Shown here one piece after another: positions 20,955 through 30,954 of a DNA stretch of 64,000 nucleotides. The position numbers and the translations under genes were made by a program. Under the pieces are notes generated by a model that worked only from the letters and a program-made list of their open reading frames with translations, was not told where the DNA came from and made no database searches. Origin of the DNA: Betaproteobacteria bacterium RIFCSPLOWO2_02_FULL_63_19 (GTDB taxonomy: Bacteria > Pseudomonadota > Gammaproteobacteria > Burkholderiales > SG8-39); NCBI GenBank assembly GCA_001770415.1, contig MEQX01000069.1:9185-73184 (forward strand). The letters run 5' to 3'. Within the stretch, counting starts at the first letter, position 1. Every line of letters starts with the position of its first letter.

Positions 20955-22886
20955 ATGATCTATGGATATGCCGGCAAGATTGCGAAGATTGACCTTTCCA
21001 GCGGAGCCGTGATTGAAGTTCCGACGCAGGGGTATGCCGCTTCGTTCATCGGCGGCCAGGGCATGGCGTCGCGCCTTTATTGGGAGGATGTCCCGCCGGA
21101 TATTCACGCCTTCGATCCCGAAAATCGCTTAATTTTTGCGACCGGGCCCTGTGCCGGTTTTCAGGGTCTGTCCGGGGCCCGCTGGGTCGTCTGCGGCAAA
21201 TCGCCGGCGACGAGCCCCCACTATTTCACTCATTCGAATTTGGGAGGCAGCTGGGGTGTCGAGCTCAAAGCCGCCGGATTCGACGGCCTGCTCGTAAATG
21301 GGCGGGCGGAGACGCCGGTCTGCATCCTGATTGAAGACGGTGCAGTCAGGATCGAGTCTGCTTCGGGCCTGTGGGGTAAAGGTGCCGTGCAGGCGCGTCA
21401 AATTCTCAAGAGCAGGCACGGCAGTTCACACCGTGTCGTCGCGATCGGCCCTGCGGGGGAGAACATGACGGCACTGGCCACCCTTCAGGCCGATAACGAC
21501 TCCAGCGGTTCCGGGGCGCTGGGGGGCGTAATGGGCTCGAAACGGCTCAAGGCGATCATAGTCAGGGGGACCGGCCGGGTGCCAGCCGCTCGGCCCGCTC
21601 AGCTTCAGGAATTGCTGGAGCATATCGCTGCATTGAGGAAAGACTTTCCGCGCACGGACACGGGAGCCGGCCGAGGCGGCACGACAGACCACTGTGCCGG
21701 ATGCACCGATGAATGCACACGCGGCCTGTATGTGGCCGCGGACGGCAGCAAAGGCAAGTTCATGTGCCAGAGCGCTGCGTCATACAAGGAATGGGCCGAA
21801 AAATATTATGGGAAACCGACGGACGTGCCCTTTTTCGCTAACCGGCTTGCCGATGACTGCGGAATAAGTACGAAAGCCGTGGCGCCGATGGTTGCCTGGC
21901 TCGACCGGTGCTATCGAGCGGGCGTCCTGAAGGATTCGGATGTGGGTCTCCCTCTGTCCAAGATCGGGAGTTTGGAGTTTATGCAAGTCCTCTTGGAAAA
22001 TGTCGCTCATCGCCAGGGTTTCGGCGAACTCCTCTCCGAGGGAGTTCACAGGGCCGCGGCCTCGATCGGCGGTCGCGCCGAAGAACTGCTTAAGGACGCC
22101 GTCACCGGCGCCGGCGAGCAGATGAGCTACGTGCCCAAGGCCTATCTCACGACCGGCCTTCTTTACGCATTGAATCCAAGACAGCCCATTCAGCAGCTCC
22201 ACGAGGTAAGCCGTCTGGGAATGCAGTGGGTGCAATGGGCAAACGGAGTGCCGAATGCCAATCTGTCTAGCACCGCGCTGCGCGCGATCGCCGGCCGGTT
22301 CTGGGGAAGTGAAATCGCAGCAGATTTCTCCACATACGAGGGTAAAGCACTCGCGGCGAAGATGGTTCAGGACCGTCAGCTCGCGAAGGATTGTCTCATC
22401 CTTTGCGACAACGTATGGCCGCTCACCTATGTAGAACATTCGGACGATCACGTGGGCGATCCCACGCTGGAGAGCCAGGTCTTTTCCGCGATTACCGGCA
22501 GGGATATGTCCGAGGAGGGGCTCTACCGCGTGGGCGAGCGAGTCTTCAACCTGCAACGGGCGATCACGTCCCGCGAGGGGCGGCGTGGCAGGCTTGACGA
22601 TACCCTTCCGGAGTCGTGTTTCACGGTTCCGCTGGAGAACGAGCGGTTGAATCCCGGCTGCATTTTCCCGGGTAAGAATGGGGAGACGATATCCCGGAAG
22701 GGCGCATTATTCGAAAAGGACAAGTTCTTCGCGATGCGCGACGAATATTACGGGCTTCGTGGTTGGGATAGGGAAACCGGGTTGCAGACCCAAGCCGGGT
22801 TGGAAGGCCAGGGACTCAGTGATGTTGCCGTCGATCTTGCGAAGCGGGTCATGCTCGCGCGTCCGCGAGAAGCTAATGCCGAATGA
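20955..22886 (+). CDS. Aldehyde:ferredoxin oxidoreductase family (W/Mo-pterin) protein
   Basis: GYAGKI..IDLS, IGGQG, KSP, GG.WG.ELK.AGFD, IGPAGE, GVMGSKRLKAI, CxxCxxxC, EYYGLRGWD. Confidence 0.92.
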   Translation: MIYGYAGKIAKIDLSSGAVIEVPTQGYAASFIGGQGMASRLYWEDVPPDIHAFDPENRLIFATGPCAGFQGLSGARWVVCGKSPATSPHYFTHSNLGGSWGVELKAAGFDGLLVNGRAETPVCILIEDGAVRIESASGLWGKGAVQARQILKSRHGSSHRVVAIGPAGENMTALATLQADNDSSGSGALGGVMGSKRLKAIIVRGTGRVPAARPAQLQELLEHIAALRKDFPRTDTGAGRGGTTDHCAGCTDECTRGLYVAADGSKGKFMCQSAASYKEWAEKYYGKPTDVPFFANRLADDCGISTKAVAPMVAWLDRCYRAGVLKDSDVGLPLSKIGSLEFMQVLLENVAHRQGFGELLSEGVHRAAASIGGRAEELLKDAVTGAGEQMSYVPKAYLTTGLLYALNPRQPIQQLHEVSRLGMQWVQWANGVPNANLSSTALRAIAGRFWGSEIAADFSTYEGKALAAKMVQDRQLAKDCLILCDNVWPLTYVEHSDDHVGDPTLESQVFSAITGRDMSEEGLYRVGERVFNLQRAITSREGRRGRLDDTLPESCFTVPLENERLNPGCIFPGKNGETISRKGALFEKDKFFAMRDEYYGLRGWDRETGLQTQAGLEGQGLSDVAVDLAKRVMLARPREANAE

Positions 22887-22902
22887 AACAATGGTGCAAT
22901 TG

Positions 22903-23250
22903 ATGAAACCGATCTCGTGCATTGTGCTGATGTGCATTGCTTGGTCGCTGTCGAGCGAAGCGGCGAAGGCTGGGGTATTCGTCCGAGGCGTCCCGACGTG
23001 CAGCGAATGGTCGGCCGCGCGAGAACTCGCGGCAGAAGACCGATTCCGGGACGAGCGCATGCGGACATGGCTGCTCGGTTTTCTTTCCGGATTGGCGATA
23101 GGCCAAAACAAGGAGTTCTGGGGCGACGCGAATGCGCTCGACAATGATTCCGTGTATCAGTGGGTCGATAATTACTGCCTAACAAATTCGGCCAAGGGCC
23201 TGGATGATGCCGGAGCGATGCTTTTCATCGAGCGGACCCGCGGAAAGTGA
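22903..23250 (+). CDS. Small exported disulfide-containing protein (HdeA/Rap1a-like fold possible)
   Basis: Signal peptide; TCSEW...WLLGFLSG...WVDNYC pattern. Confidence 0.65.
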   Translation: MKPISCIVLMCIAWSLSSEAAKAGVFVRGVPTCSEWSAARELAAEDRFRDERMRTWLLGFLSGLAIGQNKEFWGDANALDNDSVYQWVDNYCLTNSAKGLDDAGAMLFIERTRGK

Positions 23251-23427
23251 CTCCTGGCGTGCATCGTCTTGCGAGTCCGATGAAAGGGCGTCGGAGTTCA
23301 ACGAATTTCGATCGGCCGGAGGCGCTGCAACCGCGATCGGCTTGAAGTGACACCGAACTCGGGTATTATCGGCCCTCTGGAGCTTCGGCTTTGAACATCA
23401 TGATGGCATCAGGAAAGTAGCGCAACT

Positions 23428-23988
23428 ATGGACGCGGCCCTCGATAAGCGCCCCAACGCACAGATCACACATGTGGGCATTTTCGTGCGCGACATGGACG
23501 TGATGATCGCGTTCTACACTCGCATCCTGGGACTGGTTCTGACGGACAGGGGACCGTATTATCGAGGCGGGGAAATATGCTTTCTCAGCCGCAGTCCCGT
23601 CGAGCATCATCAGGTGGTGTTCGCCTCCGGGAGGTCCGATCAGGCGGCGTCGACGATCAACCAGATTTCGTTCTTCGTCGAAGACCTGGAGACGCTCATA
23701 CAGTATCACGCGATACTGAAGGAGCAGGGCGTCGCCGGGCTCGACCCGATAAATCACGGCAACGCATGGAGCCTGTATTTCCCGGATCCGGAAGGCAACC
23801 GCCTCGAGTTGTACACGGTTTCACCCTGGCACGTGCAGCAGCCGTTCGCGGACAAACTCGACCTCAACGAAACGGCAAACGTGATCCGGACCAAGACGCT
23901 GGCGATGATCGAATCCGATCCGACCTATGGTCCCAGGGAAGAGTGGTCCGCCGGGCTTCGCGCCAAGATAGAGCAGCGGCAAATTTGA
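23428..23988 (+). CDS. VOC family protein (glyoxalase / extradiol dioxygenase-like)
   Basis: HVGIFVRD, FYTRILGL, EHHQ, HGNAWSLYFPDPEGNRLE. Confidence 0.9.
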   Translation: MDAALDKRPNAQITHVGIFVRDMDVMIAFYTRILGLVLTDRGPYYRGGEICFLSRSPVEHHQVVFASGRSDQAASTINQISFFVEDLETLIQYHAILKEQGVAGLDPINHGNAWSLYFPDPEGNRLELYTVSPWHVQQPFADKLDLNETANVIRTKTLAMIESDPTYGPREEWSAGLRAKIEQRQI

Positions 23989-24205
23989 CCGCATTGGTCT
24001 GCTGTTCCGGGGTCGTGGCGGACCGGTCGAGAATCCGACGTCCGCAGGGCGCGTACATATCCGGCCGCGGCCGGTGAATTGCACCACCCGAAGGGATCTG
24101 GCGAAACGCTCGTTCGCGAGCGCCTATGCATCCGCTCACGGACAGAAGCTTTTCCACCACGACGTTGTGTATGAAGAGCATCTGGCTCTCCATTGCCGTG
24201 CGGAG

Positions 24206-25477
24206 CTAGAAGCGGAGAATTCCGCGCAGCGCCTTTACCCCTTCCTCGACAGCGTCCGCGGGGGAAGGAGGCTTGGGCTGGTCGGCTTCGCGCTGCGGTG
24301 CCGGTTCGCTCGCCCGTTCGGGCGCGGATTCCGGCGAGCGGTCGCCCGGAGTATCGTGCATGGGAGCTGCGCGCCTTCGGGTCGCTTCGCTCTGCGCGAG
24401 CATGGTCATCGCCGTTGACTTGAGCCGTAGTTTTACCGCCCACACCTGCTCCCAGACCTGCTTCGGGTCCTTCGGGCGCTGCGGATGCACAAGGTTCAGT
24501 TCGTTTCCATAGGCGATGAAATTCAACATCGATCCCTCGCCCTTGAAGATTCCGGCGGGCACGGTGCATTCGGTCGTCTGAGGCGACATGACGACTTTTT
24601 CGCGTATCAGACGGCCGACTTCGCCCGGCGAAATGTAGTCCATCAGCGCCTGGCCCATCACCTGGTCTTCGCTCGACGACCACATGACGATGTCGGCCTC
24701 GCCGTCACCGCGGCCCGTCGCCGTAGCAAAGTAGCCGGTCGCCGTCGATACCGGTCTCCACTTGACGGCGTACGCGTCGCCCGCGGTCTTGCGCACCGCT
24801 TCGAAGGCGACGGCCTCCATGAAGTCATGGCGCCCGCCGATCGTAAAGCGGATCCCGGGCGAGTAGTTTCCGCTTATCACATGTTCACCGATCAGAGATG
24901 CGTTTGCAGGCACGGGACGCGGATCCTCCTGGTTGGGCCAGGTACCGTAGCTGCGGCTGCGCCCCGGCGCCGGACCGCGCGGACGCGAGATAGCGCGGCT
25001 GCGGAAGGCGCGCGAGACATCCTGCGGGGCCATGTTGGCGAAGTCCAAGATCACCGGCTGGCCGGCGCGCACTTTTTCGCCGCAGCCCCAGTAGATCAGC
25101 ATCCGGCCCTTGGGGCGTTCGAACCCCGGCTCACCATCGTCGCGCTCGCGAACGGCCGGGCGCTCGATGCGGGGAGTCACGAGCGGCAGGCTTTGCCCCA
25201 TTGATAGGCCCGGCGGAACGGCATGGGCGGCACGCGGGTCGCCGCTCGCCGCCTGCGACGAGTCGAGGTCGAGCTTCATTCTTCTCCCTCCTGCCATGCC
25301 GGGCGGCAGCATGCCGCTCATGCCCGGCGGCAGTCCCATGCCCATTCCCACGCCACTGGACGTTTCGACGCTCATCCAGTACAGCGCAATCGGCGGCCGG
25401 ACCTGTTGCTGTGCCTGTGCCAGGGCTGCAAACGAAAATGCCGCGGCGACTGCGGCGACGAGGATACGGGTTATCAT
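24206..25477 (-). CDS. Secreted hypothetical protein
   Basis: Clear signal peptide, 423-aa ORF, PKGRMLIYWGCGE motif, low-complexity C-terminus. Confidence 0.8.
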   Translation of the reverse strand: MITRILVAAVAAAFSFAALAQAQQQVRPPIALYWMSVETSSGVGMGMGLPPGMSGMLPPGMAGGRRMKLDLDSSQAASGDPRAAHAVPPGLSMGQSLPLVTPRIERPAVRERDDGEPGFERPKGRMLIYWGCGEKVRAGQPVILDFANMAPQDVSRAFRSRAISRPRGPAPGRSRSYGTWPNQEDPRPVPANASLIGEHVISGNYSPGIRFTIGGRHDFMEAVAFEAVRKTAGDAYAVKWRPVSTATGYFATATGRGDGEADIVMWSSSEDQVMGQALMDYISPGEVGRLIREKVVMSPQTTECTVPAGIFKGEGSMLNFIAYGNELNLVHPQRPKDPKQVWEQVWAVKLRLKSTAMTMLAQSEATRRRAAPMHDTPGDRSPESAPERASEPAPQREADQPKPPSPADAVEEGVKALRGILRF

Positions 25478-25794
25478 TGGATCAGCTTTCGAGTCTTAAG
25501 AAGAATCCGAATTGTGCATCTTCGCACGGTTTTCAGGTTGGCTCGGGCATACACTGGTCTCGGTCCCGCTGCGGGTTGGCGCTCGGCTATGCGCAAGGCA
25601 TTGTTTTCGGATATTGCGTGTTCGCGCCAACTGTGTGCTCGAGTTCACGTCCAGGGACTGGGTAAGGCATTGGATCTGGGGACAATGACGCGTTTCTGCA
25701 CGTCGTTTGCTCCTTGATCTGCACCCGGGAGGGCGGTCTGCGAGCGCGGCAGCAGGTGCCTTGCAACGGATGTACATCGCGGAAGGAGGACACG

Positions 25795-26001
25795 ATGCGT
25801 ACTCTGATCATTATCATAATCGTCGCCGCCGCAGGATATTACGCCTACCAGGAAATATTTTCTGGCGGCGGCGACGCGCCCTCGTGCAAGCAGGCATTCC
25901 AGTCGTGCAGCACGAAATGCCGGCAAACGACAACCGAGACGGCGCCGTACAACGCCTGCTTGAAGACGTGCCAAAGCGATCTCGAAGCGTGTGGGCAGTA
26001 G
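25795..26001 (+). CDS. Small membrane-anchored or secreted Cys-rich protein (68 aa)
   Basis: AGGAGG RBS; N-terminal hydrophobic helix; CX6CX3C-X12-CX3CX6C. Confidence 0.7.
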   Translation: MRTLIIIIIVAAAGYYAYQEIFSGGGDAPSCKQAFQSCSTKCRQTTTETAPYNACLKTCQSDLEACGQ

Positions 26002-26033
26002 CGGCTTATCGACCACCGAGCAATCTCTGCCAG

Positions 26034-26534
26034 ATGTCAAAAAGACGGCAAATCGTCCAGACCCTATTGGCTGATCTGACCAATCAGGCGCATGCGGATG
26101 CCGTCGTGTATCTGCTGAACGAATACGCGCAGGATGAAATGGGCGGTGGTTCGGGACTTTCCGATTTCGCCACACAGAATCTGGTGCGCGAACTCAAGAA
26201 GCGTAAGGGGATTCATCCGGTCATTGCGTTCGTGCGGGACAAGCCTGTGGGTCTGGCTCTGTGCATCGAGGGGTTTTCCAGTTTCGCCTGCAGGCCGCTC
26301 CTGAACGTGCACGACATGGTTGTCGCCAGACGGTACAGGGGCCGCGGTATTTCGAAGCGCTTGCTGGAAAAAGTTGAGGAGATCGCAAAGGAGCTCGGTT
26401 GCTGCAAGCTGACTCTCGAGGTGCTGGAAGGCAACAGGATTGCTCAGGCAGCGTACAAGGCCTATGGGTTTGACGGCTACGAGCTCGATCCGAAATTTGG
26501 CAAGGCGTTGTTCTGGCATAAGAACATTACCTGA
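26034..26534 (+). CDS. GNAT family N-acetyltransferase
   Basis: LLNEYA.D.MGGG, GFSSFACRPLLNVHD, YRGRGI, CCKLTLEVLEGN. Confidence 0.92.
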   Translation: MSKRRQIVQTLLADLTNQAHADAVVYLLNEYAQDEMGGGSGLSDFATQNLVRELKKRKGIHPVIAFVRDKPVGLALCIEGFSSFACRPLLNVHDMVVARRYRGRGISKRLLEKVEEIAKELGCCKLTLEVLEGNRIAQAAYKAYGFDGYELDPKFGKALFWHKNIT

Positions 26535-26694
26535 CTCCGCAGTTTCTCATGGTCGGTGATCGCGCCGCAGGGAGCCGGTCGAGAAGTGAAACGCATGGGG
26601 GCTGTTCGGTGACGGGGCCAGGCACGATGCGCATGCGCTAGCGCGGGAGTCCTGTGCGACCTGTTGCGCGCGTCGGATCGTCTGACGCATTCGG

Positions 26695-27408
26695 CTAATT
26701 CTCGTTCTCGAGGTCAACCACGAAGATCTTGACCAGCGCTTCGACCTGCTTTTCAGGTCGAACGAAGCGAACCCCTGAACGATTTGCGAGAGCGCCATCG
26801 TCGAGCTGCACGGGCTTTGTGTAGCACACCTCGATGTCGACCAGGACCGGCTCGTGTTCTGGGACGACGATTCGGCAGTCAATAAGGACCGTTCCAGGCG
26901 GGAGGCGGATTCCAGCGTCGTAGACGATCGCTCCGAGACCCCCAAGACTGATATCGCTGATGCGCGCCTCAAACGGCATGACCCCCCCGGAATCGGCGAC
27001 GCAGCGCAGCGAAACATCGGCCGGGACGCGATAGCGTGGAAACCGGCGCCGCTGTATTTGGGCGAGCACCGACGGGAATGCGAACCGGATTGCCGGCTTG
27101 TCGTCGTGAACGGTGTCACACGGATGCGACGCGGAAAATTCGACGCGTGTCTGCCGGACGTTCCCCCGGAAGACCACGGTCTCATCTCCCAGAAGCGCGT
27201 CGTTGGCTTGTTTTTCGTCGCTGAACGCGATCAGGAAGTATCCGGCGTCGAGATCGACGTGAACGACGCGCGTAATGTAGAGGCGCTCGCCGTTGGCGAC
27301 ATGCGCCGATACCATGCTGCCCTCGCGCTCGAGAAGGCGCAGAACGCGCGCGATCTCGATCTGCGAGCGGTATAAAACGTTGGTCAAGCTTGCGCGGGTC
27401 GAGGCCAT
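26695..27408 (-). CDS. YcgR-like flagellar brake protein (PilZ domain)
   Basis: QRRRFPR (RxxxR) and DISLGG (DxSxxG) c-di-GMP motifs after a YcgR-N-like domain. Confidence 0.88.
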   Translation of the reverse strand: MASTRASLTNVLYRSQIEIARVLRLLEREGSMVSAHVANGERLYITRVVHVDLDAGYFLIAFSDEKQANDALLGDETVVFRGNVRQTRVEFSASHPCDTVHDDKPAIRFAFPSVLAQIQRRRFPRYRVPADVSLRCVADSGGVMPFEARISDISLGGLGAIVYDAGIRLPPGTVLIDCRIVVPEHEPVLVDIEVCYTKPVQLDDGALANRSGVRFVRPEKQVEALVKIFVVDLENEN

Positions 27409-27477
27409 GCGGTTCGGGAATATCGCTCCGTGACCACGATTCCAGGGCCGAGGCGCCGAACATTCCGCGGGCGCTGT

Positions 27478-28374
27478 TCAGTTCGCTCCCTGCCGTTTGA
27501 TGGACGCGGAAGTTGAATCCTCGAACCGAGGCGACGTGCAGTGGAAAATGCATGCACCGCAGTGCGGCACGAAAGCGTGCTGGTTCAATCCGGCGTCGAA
27601 CGGATGCTGCTTCGTCGTCGCCTGCACCGAACGCCAGTCGTCGTCTGTGGGATTTTCCGGCATGGGAACCTTGGTGCGACGGTAGCCCCTTTCGGCGTAA
27701 AGCCACTTGCACTTGACGCCCTTCAACTTTGCGTACTCGAAGGTTTCGTCGCCGATGTTAACGGACGTCTTGCCTGTCATCGCCTTGGTCGGGCACACCT
27801 TGATGCAGGCGTAGCCGCACGCATTCGGTTGGCATAGAGCGGCCGCGTCATACATCGGCGATGCCGTCAGCGGCGCATCGGTGATGATAGAGACCAGCCT
27901 TTGCCGAGGTCCGAATTCGGGGGTCAGGAGCAGTCCGCTAAAGCCGAACTGTCCCAAGCCGGCCGCCACCGCGGCGTGCCGGTGCGAGAAGTCCCCCACG
28001 GTACCGTACTTGTAGAGGACTCCAGTCGGCGGAAACGGGAGGGCCTTGAATCCCTTCGCCTCGAGAAATCTCGCCACGCGGTTCGCTGCCGAGGACAAAT
28101 CCCAGTTCAGCGTGACATACCCGTACCACATGTACGGGCCGAGCGTCTTGCCCGGCTCGTCGTAGCGTCCCGCGACGTCAATCGTCGTATCGGGGATCTT
28201 GGCCGCGCAGACCACCACGGACTTCGCATTCGGTAGGTAGTCCGTTGGGCGCCTTCCCTCCGGAGCCTCGGCGAGGCGGTGCACGGGCGCGACGCCGAAC
28301 AGATCGACCCCCATTCGTTCAAGCGCAAGTTCGCGTGCGGCTTCGGTCAGATCGGTTTCAGCTGCCATGGACAT
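27478..28374 (-). CDS. QueG / reductive-dehalogenase-like Fe-S protein
   Basis: G.DLFGVA, P.DYLP.AKSVV, FSHRHAAVAAGLG, LLTPEFGPRQRL, C..CIKVCP, CGAC. Confidence 0.85.
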   Translation of the reverse strand: MSMAAETDLTEAARELALERMGVDLFGVAPVHRLAEAPEGRRPTDYLPNAKSVVVCAAKIPDTTIDVAGRYDEPGKTLGPYMWYGYVTLNWDLSSAANRVARFLEAKGFKALPFPPTGVLYKYGTVGDFSHRHAAVAAGLGQFGFSGLLLTPEFGPRQRLVSIITDAPLTASPMYDAAALCQPNACGYACIKVCPTKAMTGKTSVNIGDETFEYAKLKGVKCKWLYAERGYRRTKVPMPENPTDDDWRSVQATTKQHPFDAGLNQHAFVPHCGACIFHCTSPRFEDSTSASIKRQGAN

Positions 28375-28585
28375 GACTTCCTCCCCATCGTGCGATGTTG
28401 CGTCCCGTCGCGGCAGGTCGGCCGGGTGTTTGAAGCGGCAACCGATCTCGAAGATTCACGTTGGCGAAACAATTATTTCGACACCCTGAAAGCGCGCGAC
28501 GCGCGTGGACGAAATCTACCCGATGGTCACGAACTTGTCATTTGTTCAACGAACCGAAGACCCGGGACGCGCGCCCTGCGGACGT

Positions 28586-29056
28586 TCAGCCGGCCGCGCG
28601 CAGCAGCAGACCGATCACCTGTTCCGCATAGGTCCGAGCGCCGGTGTGGCCGGACTCACGGGGCCCGGCGACGTTGAGTATTCGGATCGCGTGCGAGCTG
28701 ACGAAGGCGGCGGCTTTGCTTGCAGCGGCATCAGGAGCAAGCGCGTTTCCATCCAGTACCACGACAGGTTTCCCGAAGCGGTCGCAGAACTCGACGGTCT
28801 TGAGCGTGCCACCGGAAAGTTCACCGAAGCAGATTACAACGGTGCCGTCGGAACCGATGACGTTCTGGCGGGTGCGCTCGAGGTAGTTGGCCCCGGGCAG
28901 CGTGGTCACCGGGTATCGGTCGGGAATCGCGCCGTCCTCCGCTTCGCGCCCTTGCGGGCACCATCCTCCACAAGGGAACCCGGCTGCCAGGGCTGCATCC
29001 AGCGCGCCGCGGTCGACGCCGGTCTGGCCACCGGAAACGATTCTTTGCAGGGTCAT
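28586..29056 (-). CDS. Putative molybdenum carrier (SLOG family) protein
   Basis: IVSGGQTGVDRGALD, GGWCP.GR.AEDG, RT..NV..SDGT, LNVAGPRES. Confidence 0.9.
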   Translation of the reverse strand: MTLQRIVSGGQTGVDRGALDAALAAGFPCGGWCPQGREAEDGAIPDRYPVTTLPGANYLERTRQNVIGSDGTVVICFGELSGGTLKTVEFCDRFGKPVVVLDGNALAPDAAASKAAAFVSSHAIRILNVAGPRESGHTGARTYAEQVIGLLLRAAG

Positions 29057-29377
29057 GTCACGCACGCAAAGTTCAAGTCCGGTTACGCCGGGCGTCCGTT
29101 GTCCCATTCCAGTTTCCTCGGTGTTGTGAATGTTCAAATATTAACGCGAGCCGTCGCGCTCCAGTGCTCATGTCACCGTGGACGCAGCGCAGATGATTTA
29201 CAGAATGAAACAATTGATTACGCCTTGTATCGAGATATCTTGTTAGTCTGACCTCGGAAGCAGCGGTTGCCATGCGGTGCGGTCTTCGCGACGGGACATT
29301 GATTGAACTGGCACAGGCAGCACCGACCGGATGTCGCCGCTATCGAGCTTGGGTGTTTTGCGCTTTGGAGGTGAACC

Positions 29378-30103
29378 ATGAACTGCTCAAAAGCGTTGCT
29401 GTTGGCTTCAGCATTGCTCGCATTTCCCGGTGTATCAACCGCGCAACAGTATCTGGCCTATACGACCAATACGGTGCTCCTGCGGGCGGGGCCGGCCCGC
29501 GAGTTTCCGGTGGTTGCAGTCCTGCAGAATGGCGATGCGGTGGCCGTCCAGGGATGCCTTCAGGACTACAGTTGGTGTGACGTCGTCGCGGGCCCGAACA
29601 GGGGCTGGCTGGATGCGCGTTACATTGCCTATCCGTACCAGGGAGCGACGGTTCCGGTGATCGATTACGGGGCGGCCGTGGGCATCGGTGTTGTCACCTT
29701 CATCATCGGCAGTTACTGGCACGATCACTACGTTGCCCGGCCCTGGTACAGGCAACTGCCGCACTGGAGCCACCGGCCGCAGAGAGCAGGCGTACGAGCA
29801 CCGTATGCTCATCGGCCTGGGCACAGACCGCCGCGTCCAGCCATCCATCCGAGACCGCCCCACAAGGTGGTACGCGCGGTCAAGGTGCGGCCGGTTCCGG
29901 TGATACGTCCCCTCGAACGGCCGCCGCGCGTACTGGTACCGCAGAGACCGCTGAAGATGGGTGTGGCGCCGGGGCGAAGGGTGTTTGGATCAGCGCAGAG
30001 TCCAACACCGGTTTTCCTCGCGCCTGGACGCTCGCCAACTTCGGTTGTCAAGCCCATGGGCACACGCAACGCGGGTGTAAGACCTGACCGCCGGAATCAC
30101 TGA
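29378..30103 (+). CDS. SH3-domain exported protein with Pro/Arg-rich tail
   Basis: Signal peptide; LRAGP...FPVV, GC...YSWCDV....RGW; YW..HY..RPWY. Confidence 0.85.
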   Translation: MNCSKALLLASALLAFPGVSTAQQYLAYTTNTVLLRAGPAREFPVVAVLQNGDAVAVQGCLQDYSWCDVVAGPNRGWLDARYIAYPYQGATVPVIDYGAAVGIGVVTFIIGSYWHDHYVARPWYRQLPHWSHRPQRAGVRAPYAHRPGHRPPRPAIHPRPPHKVVRAVKVRPVPVIRPLERPPRVLVPQRPLKMGVAPGRRVFGSAQSPTPVFLAPGRSPTSVVKPMGTRNAGVRPDRRNH

Positions 30104-30672
30104 GAAAAGAACGTTGCCTTGCTGCCCCGCTCACGGGAAGAACGCGTTCGCAGAATTTTCTGGAAGAACAGATTATTCGGTATTTGCAGAAATTGAGGCG
30201 TCTCCCCCTCGGCCGGCTCGGAAGGTTCGATACGCAACGTCGTAAACATCAAATTCACATCGACGACGCGCCCCCCGATCGCTGTACCGTTTGGCTCGAC
30301 AAGTTCCACGGTGTCGTCGAGGCGGAACGGGCGGAATGTGAGTATGAGCAGTGCAGCAGTCGCATTGCTGAGCATGCTCCAGGAAGCCACGAAGCCTACG
30401 GCCAACGCGGCCAGACCTGCCGAAATCAGCGCCCAGGCGCTGCCGAACACGCCCACGGCCTGCATTAGGATCAGGACAGTGACGGACAAGATCGTCCAGC
30501 GCCGGAACGTCTGCAGGCGCCTGGCCATGACCGGTGCCAGATGATTGAAGGCGCGCAGCCGGTCGATGAGCCGCCGCAAGATCAGCGATACGAGAAACGC
30601 GGCGAGGACAATTACGGCCCCCGCCACCAGTTCGTGGGCGAACTTGGCCAGCATGGGGAGGTATTCGTGCAT
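30097..30672 (-). CDS. Short MscS-family mechanosensitive channel domain protein
   Basis: 3 TM helices; RPFRLDD.VE, GRVVDVNL.FT, IPNNLFFQ. Confidence 0.85.
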   Translation of the reverse strand: MHEYLPMLAKFAHELVAGAVIVLAAFLVSLILRRLIDRLRAFNHLAPVMARRLQTFRRWTILSVTVLILMQAVGVFGSAWALISAGLAALAVGFVASWSMLSNATAALLILTFRPFRLDDTVELVEPNGTAIGGRVVDVNLMFTTLRIEPSEPAEGETPQFLQIPNNLFFQKILRTRSSRERGSKATFFSQ

Positions 30673-30954
30673 GACGCTGTTCCTGCTGCCGAAAATACTA
30701 AAATAGCATAGTACCGTTCCGCGCCCTTCAACAGCCAACGGTCACGCGATGAGTCTTGCGTGCGCAACCGATTCACGCGAGTCGACGCTGTCTGGAAGTC
30801 ACTGTCGTTGACGCTCAGTTGCCATGTCCGACCCGGATCGGAATGATCTTCCTGTTGCGCAGGAGTCCTTGATCCTCGGCTACGCTCGTGTCGATTTCGT
30901 GCCGGGTCTTCTGTAGTGTTCGGACCGGGCGCGAAGAATTCGAATGGAGATGTG

